The notes beneath the pieces were generated by a model. The model searched no databases. It was given only the letters and a program-made list of their open reading frames with translations, and was not told where the DNA came from. Below are positions 45,899 to 54,648 of a stretch of 64,000 nt of DNA, piece after piece; the stretch's first letter is position 1; every line of letters starts with the position of its first letter. The position numbers were made by a program, and so were the translations under genes. This DNA is from a virus (lineage: Duplodnaviria; Caudoviricetes), in the IMG/VR virus record IMGVR_UViG_3300037423_001433, positions 1 to 64,000 of that record. One strand, given 5' to 3'.

Positions 45899-47610
45899 TA
45901 TCTTGCAACCCTCCAATTGAGTGTAACTGCACCCGGTGTAATGGAGGAACTAGTCATATTGCAAACTTTAAAATTAACATTTCCAGCAGTAGGATACGCT
46001 ATAATTGTTAATGTTCCACTTGTGGACGGTGTATAACCTGTAATAGCAGTTGGATCGCCGTTAAAACCAGCTCGTACCACATCCGTTGTTGCAACACCTG
46101 TAGCAGCAACAGTAACGACAGTTGCGCATGTACCTGAGGAAATTGCACTTGTTCCCAATGCAGCAGTTCCGCTTGCTACCGTGTATGCCAAGGTTGCAGT
46201 CGCAACAGGTAATGTCAGAGTGTTAGAACCAAGTGCACCTGTTGGAGGAGAAATCGTAATAGAACCAGACGTAGCATTGTTATAAACAACTCCGCCTGCA
46301 CTTGTTCCAGATACACCTAGCGTAATTTTACTTGTGCCATCAGTCGTAATGCCTGCTACAACTTTTGTATCAGTTGTTCCTGCACCTAGCACGACAGAGT
46401 TTGCAGTCAAACTACCACCTGAAGCTGTTACAGTGCCAGAGCCACCGGGTGTTGCACAAGAACCATCACCACGCAAATATGTAGATGCGCTGCAAGTACC
46501 AGACCACAAGCCATAAATGTCAGAAGAAGTATAACTATGCCATTCCAAGCCAGTAGCGCCAGAATTCACACGCAATTGTTGCAAACCTGTACCAACTGCC
46601 AAAGAGGATAAAGCTGTAGGACTTGTAAAATATGGCAGAGATAAATTAGCAGGCGTGCCAGTTACATTCGCCATGGTTCCACCAGAACCAAAGTTTACTG
46701 TGGAACCATCAGTGCCTGTAAATGTCAAAGTATTGCTTGCTGTAAGCGTTTTACCATCAGCAACAGTTAATGTAGAGCCTGTTGCAGGTGCTGTGATCGT
46801 AACTTTGTTTACCGTTGTTGCTGTAGCAGCACCAATATTTGGAGTTGTCAAAGTCGGGCTTGTTGCAAGAACAATTCCACCAGAGCCTGTCGTCCCATTA
46901 GACATATCCGAAGCAGTAAGTTGGCCTACAGTAAAAGCCGCACCTGTGCTTGTTTGTTTTACTACTTGGGATGTTCCACCTGTAGCACTGAAATCTGTTG
47001 TGCCAGCTGGCAAAGTAATTACACTCCCTGTGCCAGCTGTAGCTGCTGGTTTAACTTGCAATGTGCCTGAAGTAGAGCCGCTAAAAGTTAAACTCAAACC
47101 TGTTGCTGCGCCGATATTAGGAGTAGATAAAGTCGGACTTATAGCCAAGACTACGGAGCCACTTCCAGTTGTACCATTTGTCAAATCTGATGCAGCTAAT
47201 GTCTGGCTTGCGCCTAATGCAACAGAATGACCTGCAATAGTAACTGAAGAATTTACCAAGTCTGTGTTTGCAACACTAGCGCATGATGCTGTACCCGACG
47301 CATTTAAACTACGTGGGAATTGATTTGTACATGATGTACCCGCATAAGCCCCTAATGCTCCTGCACCATTGTTTGTTTGCAAGTTACCGGAAACACCTGA
47401 AGGAGAAGAACCGCCTCCTGCTGGAGTCGCCCATGTGCCATCTCCACGCCAAAATGTAGTAGATGATGCACTTGTTCCACTGTTCAAATGAGAGACATCC
47501 AAGTTACCTTGAACTTGGTTTGCCAAATTTATCTTTGTTTGAGCAAAAACTGAGGATGCACTTATTGCAAGTGACATCAAAAAAAATTTAATACCTGTAC
47601 CAAGCCGCAT
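45898..47610 (-). CDS. fibre-like Thr/Ser/Gly-rich protein with signal peptide
   Basis: MRLGTGIKFFLMSLAISASSVFA signal; duplicated NGTTGSG.VVL..SPTL.TPNIGAAT and RGDG..ATP repeats; three Cys pairs. Confidence 0.75.
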   Translation of the reverse strand: MRLGTGIKFFLMSLAISASSVFAQTKINLANQVQGNLDVSHLNSGTSASSTTFWRGDGTWATPAGGGSSPSGVSGNLQTNNGAGALGAYAGTSCTNQFPRSLNASGTASCASVANTDLVNSSVTIAGHSVALGASQTLAASDLTNGTTGSGSVVLAISPTLSTPNIGAATGLSLTFSGSTSGTLQVKPAATAGTGSVITLPAGTTDFSATGGTSQVVKQTSTGAAFTVGQLTASDMSNGTTGSGGIVLATSPTLTTPNIGAATATTVNKVTITAPATGSTLTVADGKTLTASNTLTFTGTDGSTVNFGSGGTMANVTGTPANLSLPYFTSPTALSSLAVGTGLQQLRVNSGATGLEWHSYTSSDIYGLWSGTCSASTYLRGDGSCATPGGSGTVTASGGSLTANSVVLGAGTTDTKVVAGITTDGTSKITLGVSGTSAGGVVYNNATSGSITISPPTGALGSNTLTLPVATATLAYTVASGTAALGTSAISSGTCATVVTVAATGVATTDVVRAGFNGDPTAITGYTPSTSGTLTIIAYPTAGNVNFKVCNMTSSSITPGAVTLNWRVAR

Positions 47611-47851
47611 GTGTATCTCCGGTTGCCATTGCAACTGTGTAAGTAATAGTATTGCCACTCAATGTGTAATCAACTCCACCATTTTTCATAACAACGCCAT
47701 TGCGCATCAGAACTAAAGAAGCGGGAGGATTCGGTGAATGACCGAGCGTAAAAGTTGAACCGGGAATTGCACCAGATGGCGTCTCTGAATCTGTAAAATT
47801 AGGAACAGTTCCGCCACCGCTGCCTGTAGAGGATGATGGGCTAATAGGCAT
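47588..47851 (-). CDS. small Ig-like virion-associated protein
   Basis: FTLGHSP...VLMRNGVVM...DYTLSGNTITY pattern seen in phage fibre domains. Confidence 0.65.
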   Translation of the reverse strand: MPISPSSSTGSGGGTVPNFTDSETPSGAIPGSTFTLGHSPNPPASLVLMRNGVVMKNGGVDYTLSGNTITYTVAMATGDTHAAWYRY

Positions 47852-48135
47852 TATGCCTCCTGTACTAAAATTCGTGTGCCTGCTGCTGCGTCACAATACA
47901 CCCAAAGACCACTCTCCCCAGCGGATATATTTGCAAAACTCCCTACACTACCAGCATAAAGTGGTGCGCCAATCTGTGTATCTGTATCTGGAGAAGTCGC
48001 TTTAATACATAACAGGCAAGCATTGCTACCTTTATTATAAACATTAACTGCTGTACCAACAACGATCCCTGTTGCCGCGTATAAATCCGTCCAAGTTTGT
48101 GATGCAATCAATACATCGTCTCTTGTATTTGCCAT
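47851..48135 (-). CDS. putative small structural protein
   Basis: AAGGA RBS; WTDLYAATGI...NVYNKG. Confidence 0.65.
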   Translation of the reverse strand: MANTRDDVLIASQTWTDLYAATGIVVGTAVNVYNKGSNACLLCIKATSPDTDTQIGAPLYAGSVGSFANISAGESGLWVYCDAAAGTRILVQEA

Positions 48136-48148
48136 TACATTTCCTTAA

Positions 48149-48544
48149 TTATCGCCTTACATATAATTCAATTAAAACTTGATTATCCGCAGACGTATTT
48201 ATTTCTTTAAATGTTACTATCTTGTAGACAGTTGAGCCTATTTGTATTCTGTCACTTGTCGTGTCAATAGATATCGACGAACTAAAAGGTTCAGTTTTTT
48301 GAGGTGGTCTGATAAAAACTTGCTTGTCACCTACTTTAACTAAAGAATCTCCAGCCTCTCCCATGCCATCTTTTTTAAGATTAAAATCTAAAACGATTGC
48401 AGATACCGGGATTGAAGTCTGGGTTGCAGTATATTCACCCTGCGAAGGATCATAATTCCCTGCGTTTCCTCTTAAATAATAAGCTGTTCCTCCGAAATCT
48501 GAGAACATCGCGGCAACTGCAGCATCAAAATCTGAAGAGTCCAT
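48149..48544 (-). CDS. head closure / head-tail joining protein
   Basis: YDPSQGEY, VKVGDKQVFI, ELYVRR; synteny. Confidence 0.75.
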   Translation of the reverse strand: MDSSDFDAAVAAMFSDFGGTAYYLRGNAGNYDPSQGEYTATQTSIPVSAIVLDFNLKKDGMGEAGDSLVKVGDKQVFIRPPQKTEPFSSSISIDTTSDRIQIGSTVYKIVTFKEINTSADNQVLIELYVRR

Positions 48545-48546
48545 CT

Positions 48547-48990
48547 TTAACTATTCCATTGCCAATTACCAGTGTCATTGTTAGGAGCGCCAAGAGCATC
48601 CCATGCCAATTGTGCAGATTGAGTACCCATTGCAAAATTATTATTCCAATCCTGCGAGAACTGAATTAATGGGTGTAAATCTGTTCCAAAAGTATTATAT
48701 GGAACAGGTGCAATTTCCATGAATGAAGGGTCTTTAACTGTTAGAATTAAAAACTCTTTATACTGTTGAAATGAATTCCCAAACACTTCCAATTGTGCTA
48801 ACTTACGATGATCTTTAAAAGATAATAGACCTAGAATATACGTAGCACATTGTTTTGCTGCTTGAGGTAAATTGCCATTGCAATCCGTGATTGCTTGTTG
48901 ATACACAGAATCCGGCAAATACGGAATATCTGAAATATCTGCCGTGCGCAAACGTACACGACCAACATCAGAAGAAAAATCAATTGCCAT
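48547..48990 (-). CDS. head-tail adaptor protein
   Basis: VGRVRLRTAD...LPD..Y; first gene after MCP. Confidence 0.75.
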   Translation of the reverse strand: MAIDFSSDVGRVRLRTADISDIPYLPDSVYQQAITDCNGNLPQAAKQCATYILGLLSFKDHRKLAQLEVFGNSFQQYKEFLILTVKDPSFMEIAPVPYNTFGTDLHPLIQFSQDWNNNFAMGTQSAQLAWDALGAPNNDTGNWQWNS

Positions 48991-49006
48991 ATATTGTCCT
49001 TAGTTA

Positions 49007-49020
49007 TCTCATAAATGAGA
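49007..49020. promoter_or_regulatory. palindromic putative operator, copy 4
   Basis: TCTCATAAATGAGA, intergenic between MCP terminator and adaptor RBS. Confidence 0.55.
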
Positions 49021-49039
49021 ATTTGTAACGTCTTTATTG

Positions 49040-49070
49040 AAAAAACCTCTCAGTTTTTAGCTGAGAGGCT
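49040..49070 (-). terminator. terminator after major capsid gene
   Basis: CCTCTCAG stem with inverted copy CTGAGAGG, followed by TTTTT on minus strand. Confidence 0.75.
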
Positions 49071-49085
49071 TCTTGGGTAAAGCTA

Positions 49086-50111
49086 TTACGATTTTGTGCA
49101 AGCAATGACCAACTCTGGACGCAGCAATGCAGAGATGTGGTTAGACTCAGAATCGATAGTAATTTGTGTACCGTCAATTGCAGGAGTTTCAAACATATAC
49201 ATGCGCTCGCCGAGAGTATTTACCAGACCGAAGCGATTAGCTGGAGAGAAGTATGTTTTGAAATACTCTGTACCAGTTGGAATTGCTACAGCTGTGTCTG
49301 CTGTAATCAGGGCTGTACCATTATAGGCATCACGCATTTCAATGAACGTTGCGCCATTGAATTCAAACACGCGATGGTAAGCAGTCGAAAGACCACCCGG
49401 AGCCAAACGATCACGCAATGGTTGTTGTGCACCAGTTGTAGTATAATACTGGTAAGCTGTCTTCATCGTAGGATGAGAGATCAGAGCCGCAAACCATGTT
49501 GGGGAGCACAGGAACACAACGCCTGTAAACTGAATCGCACCGCCATTATCTTGAATAGCAGCGATAACACTTTCAACTACACCAAGTACATCCGTTGTAG
49601 ATGTGGAGAATGCAAAGTTGATAGTTGTTTGCGACTTGCTGAATTCTGTGAACCAGTTTTGGCTAACAGTGCCGTTAGGTGCATAAGCAGTCCCAGACAC
49701 CAAAGCTTGAGCACGAGCTGCTTCCAAAGTCCACGCATGGTCTTGTGCAATGCGTTCCATTTTACGAGTGCGCACAAGCGACAATTGTTCAGATTGCTCT
49801 GGATTGCCATAAGCACGTTTGCCCTGAATATCGCTTGGGCTGATATAATCAGACAATGGGAAGTGAGGAACTGGGAAGCTATGCACTGTACGTGTATAGT
49901 CTTTGTTTACGTTAGCTTTATCACCACGCACACGGTCAACAATCAATGCACCATCTTTTTTAATTGCTTCAAATACAACGGTATGCTCTGCTACTGGCTC
50001 TTCCACGAAGATACCCAGTTTACCAATAGTACCCCATTGGTTAGGGATAATATTGAGTTCTTCTGTCCAATCGACTACCTCGAACCCATTACCAAATGAA
50101 CGTACAATCAT
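49086..50111 (-). CDS. major capsid protein (lambda gpE-like family)
   Basis: 341 aa; DIQGKR, RTRKMERI...TLEAARAQAL, FKTYFSPAN, SESNH..RPEL. Confidence 0.92.
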   Translation of the reverse strand: MIVRSFGNGFEVVDWTEELNIIPNQWGTIGKLGIFVEEPVAEHTVVFEAIKKDGALIVDRVRGDKANVNKDYTRTVHSFPVPHFPLSDYISPSDIQGKRAYGNPEQSEQLSLVRTRKMERIAQDHAWTLEAARAQALVSGTAYAPNGTVSQNWFTEFSKSQTTINFAFSTSTTDVLGVVESVIAAIQDNGGAIQFTGVVFLCSPTWFAALISHPTMKTAYQYYTTTGAQQPLRDRLAPGGLSTAYHRVFEFNGATFIEMRDAYNGTALITADTAVAIPTGTEYFKTYFSPANRFGLVNTLGERMYMFETPAIDGTQITIDSESNHISALLRPELVIACTKS

Positions 50112-50153
50112 TTTATATATTCCTATTCTTTAATTGATATGTTAAAATATGGC

Positions 50154-50855
50154 TTAAACTTCGGTCGTGGACAGAATGCCGAGTGCTGCCAATTGGCTCA
50201 GGGCTGTATTTTTCAACGTTGTTGTATTCACAGAAGTGCCATACGACAGCTGAGTTGGATCAACTGTTACTGGGCCACGTGTGATTGCCAAGAAAGTTGT
50301 ATCTGTGTTAGCAGTAGTCGTTGTTGGACGCGACAGACCAAGATTGTCAGCAATCATAATTGCCGCCGCCACTTGAGAACCGTCTGTTGCAGTTGCTTCA
50401 ACCAGTTTATATTTAACTGTGCCAGTTACTGTGATAGCAAAAGTGTCACCAACTACGAAGTCAGTTGCACCATCTGCCAATGTGAACGAGAAGCCTGCTT
50501 GATTAAATGCCGTAGCAACTTGACCAATTGCAATAACTTTGCCATTTGGGCCGAGCAATTCAAAGTCACCAGCATTAGCTACTGCACGGTAAATGCGCAG
50601 AGTATATGTACCGATTTGCAAACCTGCTGCGGAAGTCATTGTGATTGCGCCCATAACACCGTTACCAGTATTAGAGCTACCTGCAACAGCAGTAGCTGCT
50701 GGAGAAGCGATAAATGCGCCAAGCACAGCGCCTACGTTAAGAGTTGTAGCCGTACCGTTGTAAACAACAGCATCGCGGCAATATTTAGAAGCTGGATCAA
50801 ACTCACGCTTTACAACCGAGCTGAAACGCTGTGCATCTGTAGCAATTACAGTCAT
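50154..50855 (-). CDS. head decoration protein
   Basis: between scaffold and MCP; GAVLG, GSQVAAAI, TRGPV, LAALGI. Confidence 0.82.
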   Translation of the reverse strand: MTVIATDAQRFSSVVKREFDPASKYCRDAVVYNGTATTLNVGAVLGAFIASPAATAVAGSSNTGNGVMGAITMTSAAGLQIGTYTLRIYRAVANAGDFELLGPNGKVIAIGQVATAFNQAGFSFTLADGATDFVVGDTFAITVTGTVKYKLVEATATDGSQVAAAIMIADNLGLSRPTTTTANTDTTFLAITRGPVTVDPTQLSYGTSVNTTTLKNTALSQLAALGILSTTEV

Positions 50856-51007
50856 TTTATTTCCTTAATGATTTTATGTTTGGCGAATGCCATGTTTGAG
50901 AGACTTATCCCCAGAAGTATCTGGTGTAAGCTTTACTACTGAAGATTAGTCAGGGATGGCTAATCTCTTTTGAGACATAGTGAATTACCTTTTGTCCCGA
51001 ATTCTTT

Positions 51008-51553
51008 TTATTTCTTAGCGTATTTTTCTTTAAGCATTTCTGCTTCTTTTGTAACGCCAGCAGCTTCAAGAGTTTCCACATGATCAGCTTCGCCTGCCAT
51101 GCCTACTTCTTGAAACATTGGATTTTTTTCTGCTTCAGTTTTCAAAGTTGTTTTCATAGCTTCGACAATAGCTTCAAATTGAGCATCATCCAAGCTTTCA
51201 GTTGCTGCCAACAGTGCAGAGGCTTTTTCTGTACCAACTGCCATTTCAACTTTTTCTTTACGTGCAGAAAGACGTTTTTGAGCTGCTTCTGCAATCATTG
51301 CAGCTTTTTCAGCAAGCATGGCATCAAAAGATTTTTTCATCTCATCATATTTAGATGACAACTCAGTAAACTTACCAGAAAGCTCTTTGAGTGTTTCATC
51401 TTTTGCTGCAATCGTTGCCAACGCAGCATCCAATTTAGCTACAACTTCCGATGCAGCTTGCTCTGGCTGCGATTGGTCTTTTTTCATTTCAGTTTTGTCC
51501 TTAGAAATAGGATTAAAAAGTTTATTAAACTCTTTTTTAATTTGATTAAGCAT
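51008..51553 (-). CDS. capsid scaffolding protein
   Basis: Ala/Glu/Lys-rich coiled coil after protease. Confidence 0.7.
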   Translation of the reverse strand: MLNQIKKEFNKLFNPISKDKTEMKKDQSQPEQAASEVVAKLDAALATIAAKDETLKELSGKFTELSSKYDEMKKSFDAMLAEKAAMIAEAAQKRLSARKEKVEMAVGTEKASALLAATESLDDAQFEAIVEAMKTTLKTEAEKNPMFQEVGMAGEADHVETLEAAGVTKEAEMLKEKYAKK

Positions 51554-52400
51554 TAGATGCTCCCTGCAAGCTTGCTATGTATGTTGCAAACTCTTTGTTC
51601 GTCATAATTTTATTTGCAAGCCCATTTGCTACTGCGTCTTGGGCATTAAATACTCCAGCTTGAAAATCTCGGATTACTTTGGCATCAATGTGAGAATATT
51701 TGCTTACAAAATCTATAAATTGACTATTCAAAACATTCACTTCTTGTTGAATTTTGTCCAAAAAATCTTGTTTGAATGAACCATCGTCATCGAAAGGAAC
51801 TTTTTGATCTCCCGCACTGATAAAGATGCGCTTTAGCCCTTGCTGTTCCATTGCCTTGCTAGTATCCATAAGTGCAACAACTGCTCCAATAGAACCGACA
51901 GAAGCTGATGGATTAACGATTACCTCGTCTGCAATCACTATGAGTGCGTATGCAGCGGAATAGGCATGTGTATCAACATAAGCAATCAAATTTGCATCCG
52001 CCTGATCACACATTGCGCGAATATCTTCTGCTGTTTCAAAACAATGCGAAGATTCTCCACCGCCAGAGGATACGTTCAAAACAATTGTTGAATATCCTGC
52101 TTCGAGAGCTTCTTCTACATCCTCCCTTAAAGATTCGTAACTTGTACCTACTTCACCACACATTGTTACCACAGGTTTATAAGTCAAGGAGCCATCGATA
52201 TTGATTACAGCTACGCCAAGATCATCGTCATCATCTGTATCTTGACCCATATCATTATCTGGGTCACTTGTAGGAAGCATCAAATTGATACCCCTATTTC
52301 GTGCATCGATATAGTCCAAAATAACGTTGAAAGCATCAGGAGAAATAAGATGAGGCTTATTCCAGATAGTGCTTGCTAATTTGTGTAGTTCATGTGCCAT
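51546..52400 (-). CDS. prohead protease, peptidase S49 family
   Basis: SSGGG, AYSAAYAL, VGSIG, AGDQK motifs. Confidence 0.92.
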   Translation of the reverse strand: MAHELHKLASTIWNKPHLISPDAFNVILDYIDARNRGINLMLPTSDPDNDMGQDTDDDDDLGVAVINIDGSLTYKPVVTMCGEVGTSYESLREDVEEALEAGYSTIVLNVSSGGGESSHCFETAEDIRAMCDQADANLIAYVDTHAYSAAYALIVIADEVIVNPSASVGSIGAVVALMDTSKAMEQQGLKRIFISAGDQKVPFDDDGSFKQDFLDKIQQEVNVLNSQFIDFVSKYSHIDAKVIRDFQAGVFNAQDAVANGLANKIMTNKEFATYIASLQGASNA

Positions 52401-52402
52401 TA

Positions 52403-53890
52403 TTAAGCCTTATTATCTGCGTTCTGCGCACTTGCATCTTTTCCACCGACAGAAGTTGAAGTGCCTTCTCCGACTACTCCGACCGCCATCCCTTCACTTG
52501 CATTTGTAGACTTACCTGCAAGTTCTGTTGATAAATTTTCTTTATCAATTGGTGCGTCATCCGGTTTAAGTGGGAAACCACCAACTTCACGAATTTTATT
52601 AAGAACTCCACGATCAACTTCAATAGCTCCAACAGAGAACACACGCTGTACAAACTTAGACATCTCTTCCAAAGAAACAGAGCTAATATCTTTGAATACA
52701 AATTTAGGAAGGTCTGTATCAGCCCATCCGTTTAATTGAAACAACTGAGGAATCAAGTCTGAGTTAAGTACATCCGCAATTTCTTGTAGACGATGAGATA
52801 CAGCCAATGTTAGAATGTTGGTGTCGCCATCTTGTGCACTAAAACTTCCTGCTGTATCCATGCCCATTTTCAAAATGCCACATGACAAAGCATCTAAGAT
52901 ATCGTTCTGGAGACGTTTAATAATCGCCTCAGTGTCATATTTAGCTTGGCCTTTATCACCCATTAAATCATAGGTAAATAATGGTTGTTTAGTGTCGGGG
53001 TCAATTACATTCGGAGCTAACAATCCACGCTGTGTACCTGCGTTATAGTTGTTGATAATATTTTGAAATCCAGTCAATACTGCTTTATCTTCAATGCTAG
53101 CGTTGACATCAAAATATTTTGGAGGAGCTGTGATTTTCAACATTTGCTGCACATCTTTTGCAACACCTACCAACTCTTGTTCTTGCAAGAGAGTAAGTTG
53201 CTTATAAGCAAGATATACAGTTTTTAACAAACTATTTCCTTCTGGATTCCCTAGAATAGGGTCAGCACGGAAAAGGAGAAATTTTTCACGAGGAATTGGA
53301 ATCAAGCCACGTTCATCCGTTTGATCCATATAGAGGTAGCTTTTAGCCATGTAACGCAAAGATTGCTCTACGCCCAACAACTCTCTTCCATCGTCCGAAA
53401 ACATCCAACGCTGAATGCTAGAATGTGCACGTGGAGAGATTTTTTGAATACCTACGAGGCCATCATTAAATTTACTTCCATTCCTATAGAGCCTACGTCT
53501 GTAGACTTTTTCAGAAACTTGAAAGCCATATTCCAAATATGGGAAAAAACTTGCTACCGTAACGCCCCAAGAGTCCTCCATATCATCCATGCAGGATTTA
53601 ATAAACTTGGCACGTTCAATTTGTTGCGGAGTTGCATTTACTGGCGGCACAACATCCCATTGCGCACGGTTCATCAGAAGTCGATACGCATTAAAGGCCA
53701 TCGATACTGTAGGACAAAGGCGCATCTCATCAACAACTTTAATGAGGGCAGGCCAACGAAAGGCGCGATTAGCTTCTTCCCAGATATAGCCATTAGTTGT
53801 GCGCAATCCCACGAATCCAGTTTCGTTCAACTTCATACGAGGAATACTTGCCCCGTCATCTGGGGCTAAATTTTTAGTATTTTCTGACAT
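52403..53890 (-). CDS. portal protein
   Basis: LEYGFQVSEKVY, IPREKFLLFR, GNPEGNSLL; between terL and protease. Confidence 0.9.
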   Translation of the reverse strand: MSENTKNLAPDDGASIPRMKLNETGFVGLRTTNGYIWEEANRAFRWPALIKVVDEMRLCPTVSMAFNAYRLLMNRAQWDVVPPVNATPQQIERAKFIKSCMDDMEDSWGVTVASFFPYLEYGFQVSEKVYRRRLYRNGSKFNDGLVGIQKISPRAHSSIQRWMFSDDGRELLGVEQSLRYMAKSYLYMDQTDERGLIPIPREKFLLFRADPILGNPEGNSLLKTVYLAYKQLTLLQEQELVGVAKDVQQMLKITAPPKYFDVNASIEDKAVLTGFQNIINNYNAGTQRGLLAPNVIDPDTKQPLFTYDLMGDKGQAKYDTEAIIKRLQNDILDALSCGILKMGMDTAGSFSAQDGDTNILTLAVSHRLQEIADVLNSDLIPQLFQLNGWADTDLPKFVFKDISSVSLEEMSKFVQRVFSVGAIEVDRGVLNKIREVGGFPLKPDDAPIDKENLSTELAGKSTNASEGMAVGVVGEGTSTSVGGKDASAQNADNKA

Positions 53891-53898
53891 AGCTTCCT

Positions 53899-54570
53899 TT
53901 AAGCAGACTTAAATAGCAACCATTGCTCATCCTCTGCGGGAATCCAGCCTGTTAGTATTTTGTTTTTGATAGTGACCGCAGTTTTATTGGAAATTGGAAA
54001 AAGTTGTGTCAATTTCCTTGGCCCAGTTTTTGGTTTTTCTTTTAATTGTAAATATACCTCTTGTGCATATTTCCACATCTCATGGTTAGCACGAGGATGT
54101 TTCCAAGAAGGCCAATCTTTGCAGCCATTTCTGTTTAAATTTTTAATTAATTTTGCTACCGTTTCAGGAGAATGCTTCTTACCCTTCATTTTGGGTATTA
54201 AAGCTAACTTGTCTTTAGTCTCTTGTGAGAAATTTTTACGAGCCTGAGAGATTTTTGACCTAGACTCAATTGAAAGAGGAAAACCACCATGACCGCCTCC
54301 TGAAGCAATATTCCAACCAATATTAAATTTTGGTCTTAACTTGGCTTCAATTTCATAACAGTATTTTGATGGGCCTTCTACTAATATAGAAACTATTAAG
54401 GCTTCTCCATATTTTCTTATAGCCCTGTGGACAGGATACTCAGAACCATTTTTGGCAGCATTTTTATGCACTAAGTATCTTTTTGAAGCAGTTTTTGCGG
54501 AAACTCCAATATAGCCGTCTTTTAGTATATCTTTATGTTCTTCTAGGTGTATCCAGTAAACAACTGACAT
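53899..54570 (-). CDS. GIY-YIG/NUMOD3-type homing endonuclease
   Basis: VYW...GYIG, GWNIASGG, KKHSPET NUMOD3-like motif; free-standing between terL and portal. Confidence 0.85.
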   Translation of the reverse strand: MSVVYWIHLEEHKDILKDGYIGVSAKTASKRYLVHKNAAKNGSEYPVHRAIRKYGEALIVSILVEGPSKYCYEIEAKLRPKFNIGWNIASGGGHGGFPLSIESRSKISQARKNFSQETKDKLALIPKMKGKKHSPETVAKLIKNLNRNGCKDWPSWKHPRANHEMWKYAQEVYLQLKEKPKTGPRKLTQLFPISNKTAVTIKNKILTGWIPAEDEQWLLFKSA

Positions 54571-54590
54571 AATTCATTTAAATTTAAATC

Positions 54591-54619
54591 ATTATACCAC
54601 GGAGATTGCATTTTGTCAA
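54591..54619 (-). promoter_or_regulatory. sigma70 consensus promoter upstream of homing endonuclease
   Basis: TTGACA-17 nt-TATAAT on minus strand. Confidence 0.85.
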
Positions 54620-54648
54620 GTCTTTTTGTAAAATAATTTGACTTTTTA

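Noticed and set aside
46655-47230. 191-aa plus-strand Val/Pro-rich ORF
   Set aside because: Antisense mirror of the Thr/Gly-rich fibre-like gene
49137-50099. 320-aa plus-strand ORF
   Set aside because: Exact antisense to the major capsid gene, no RBS or motif; explained by codon bias of a highly expressed gene
50139-50942. 267-aa plus-strand Cys-rich ORF
   Set aside because: Antisense shadow of the head decoration gene; Cys-richness arises from GCA/ACA codons on the coding strand
53321-53869. 182-aa plus-strand ORF
   Set aside because: Antisense to portal, no recognisable features
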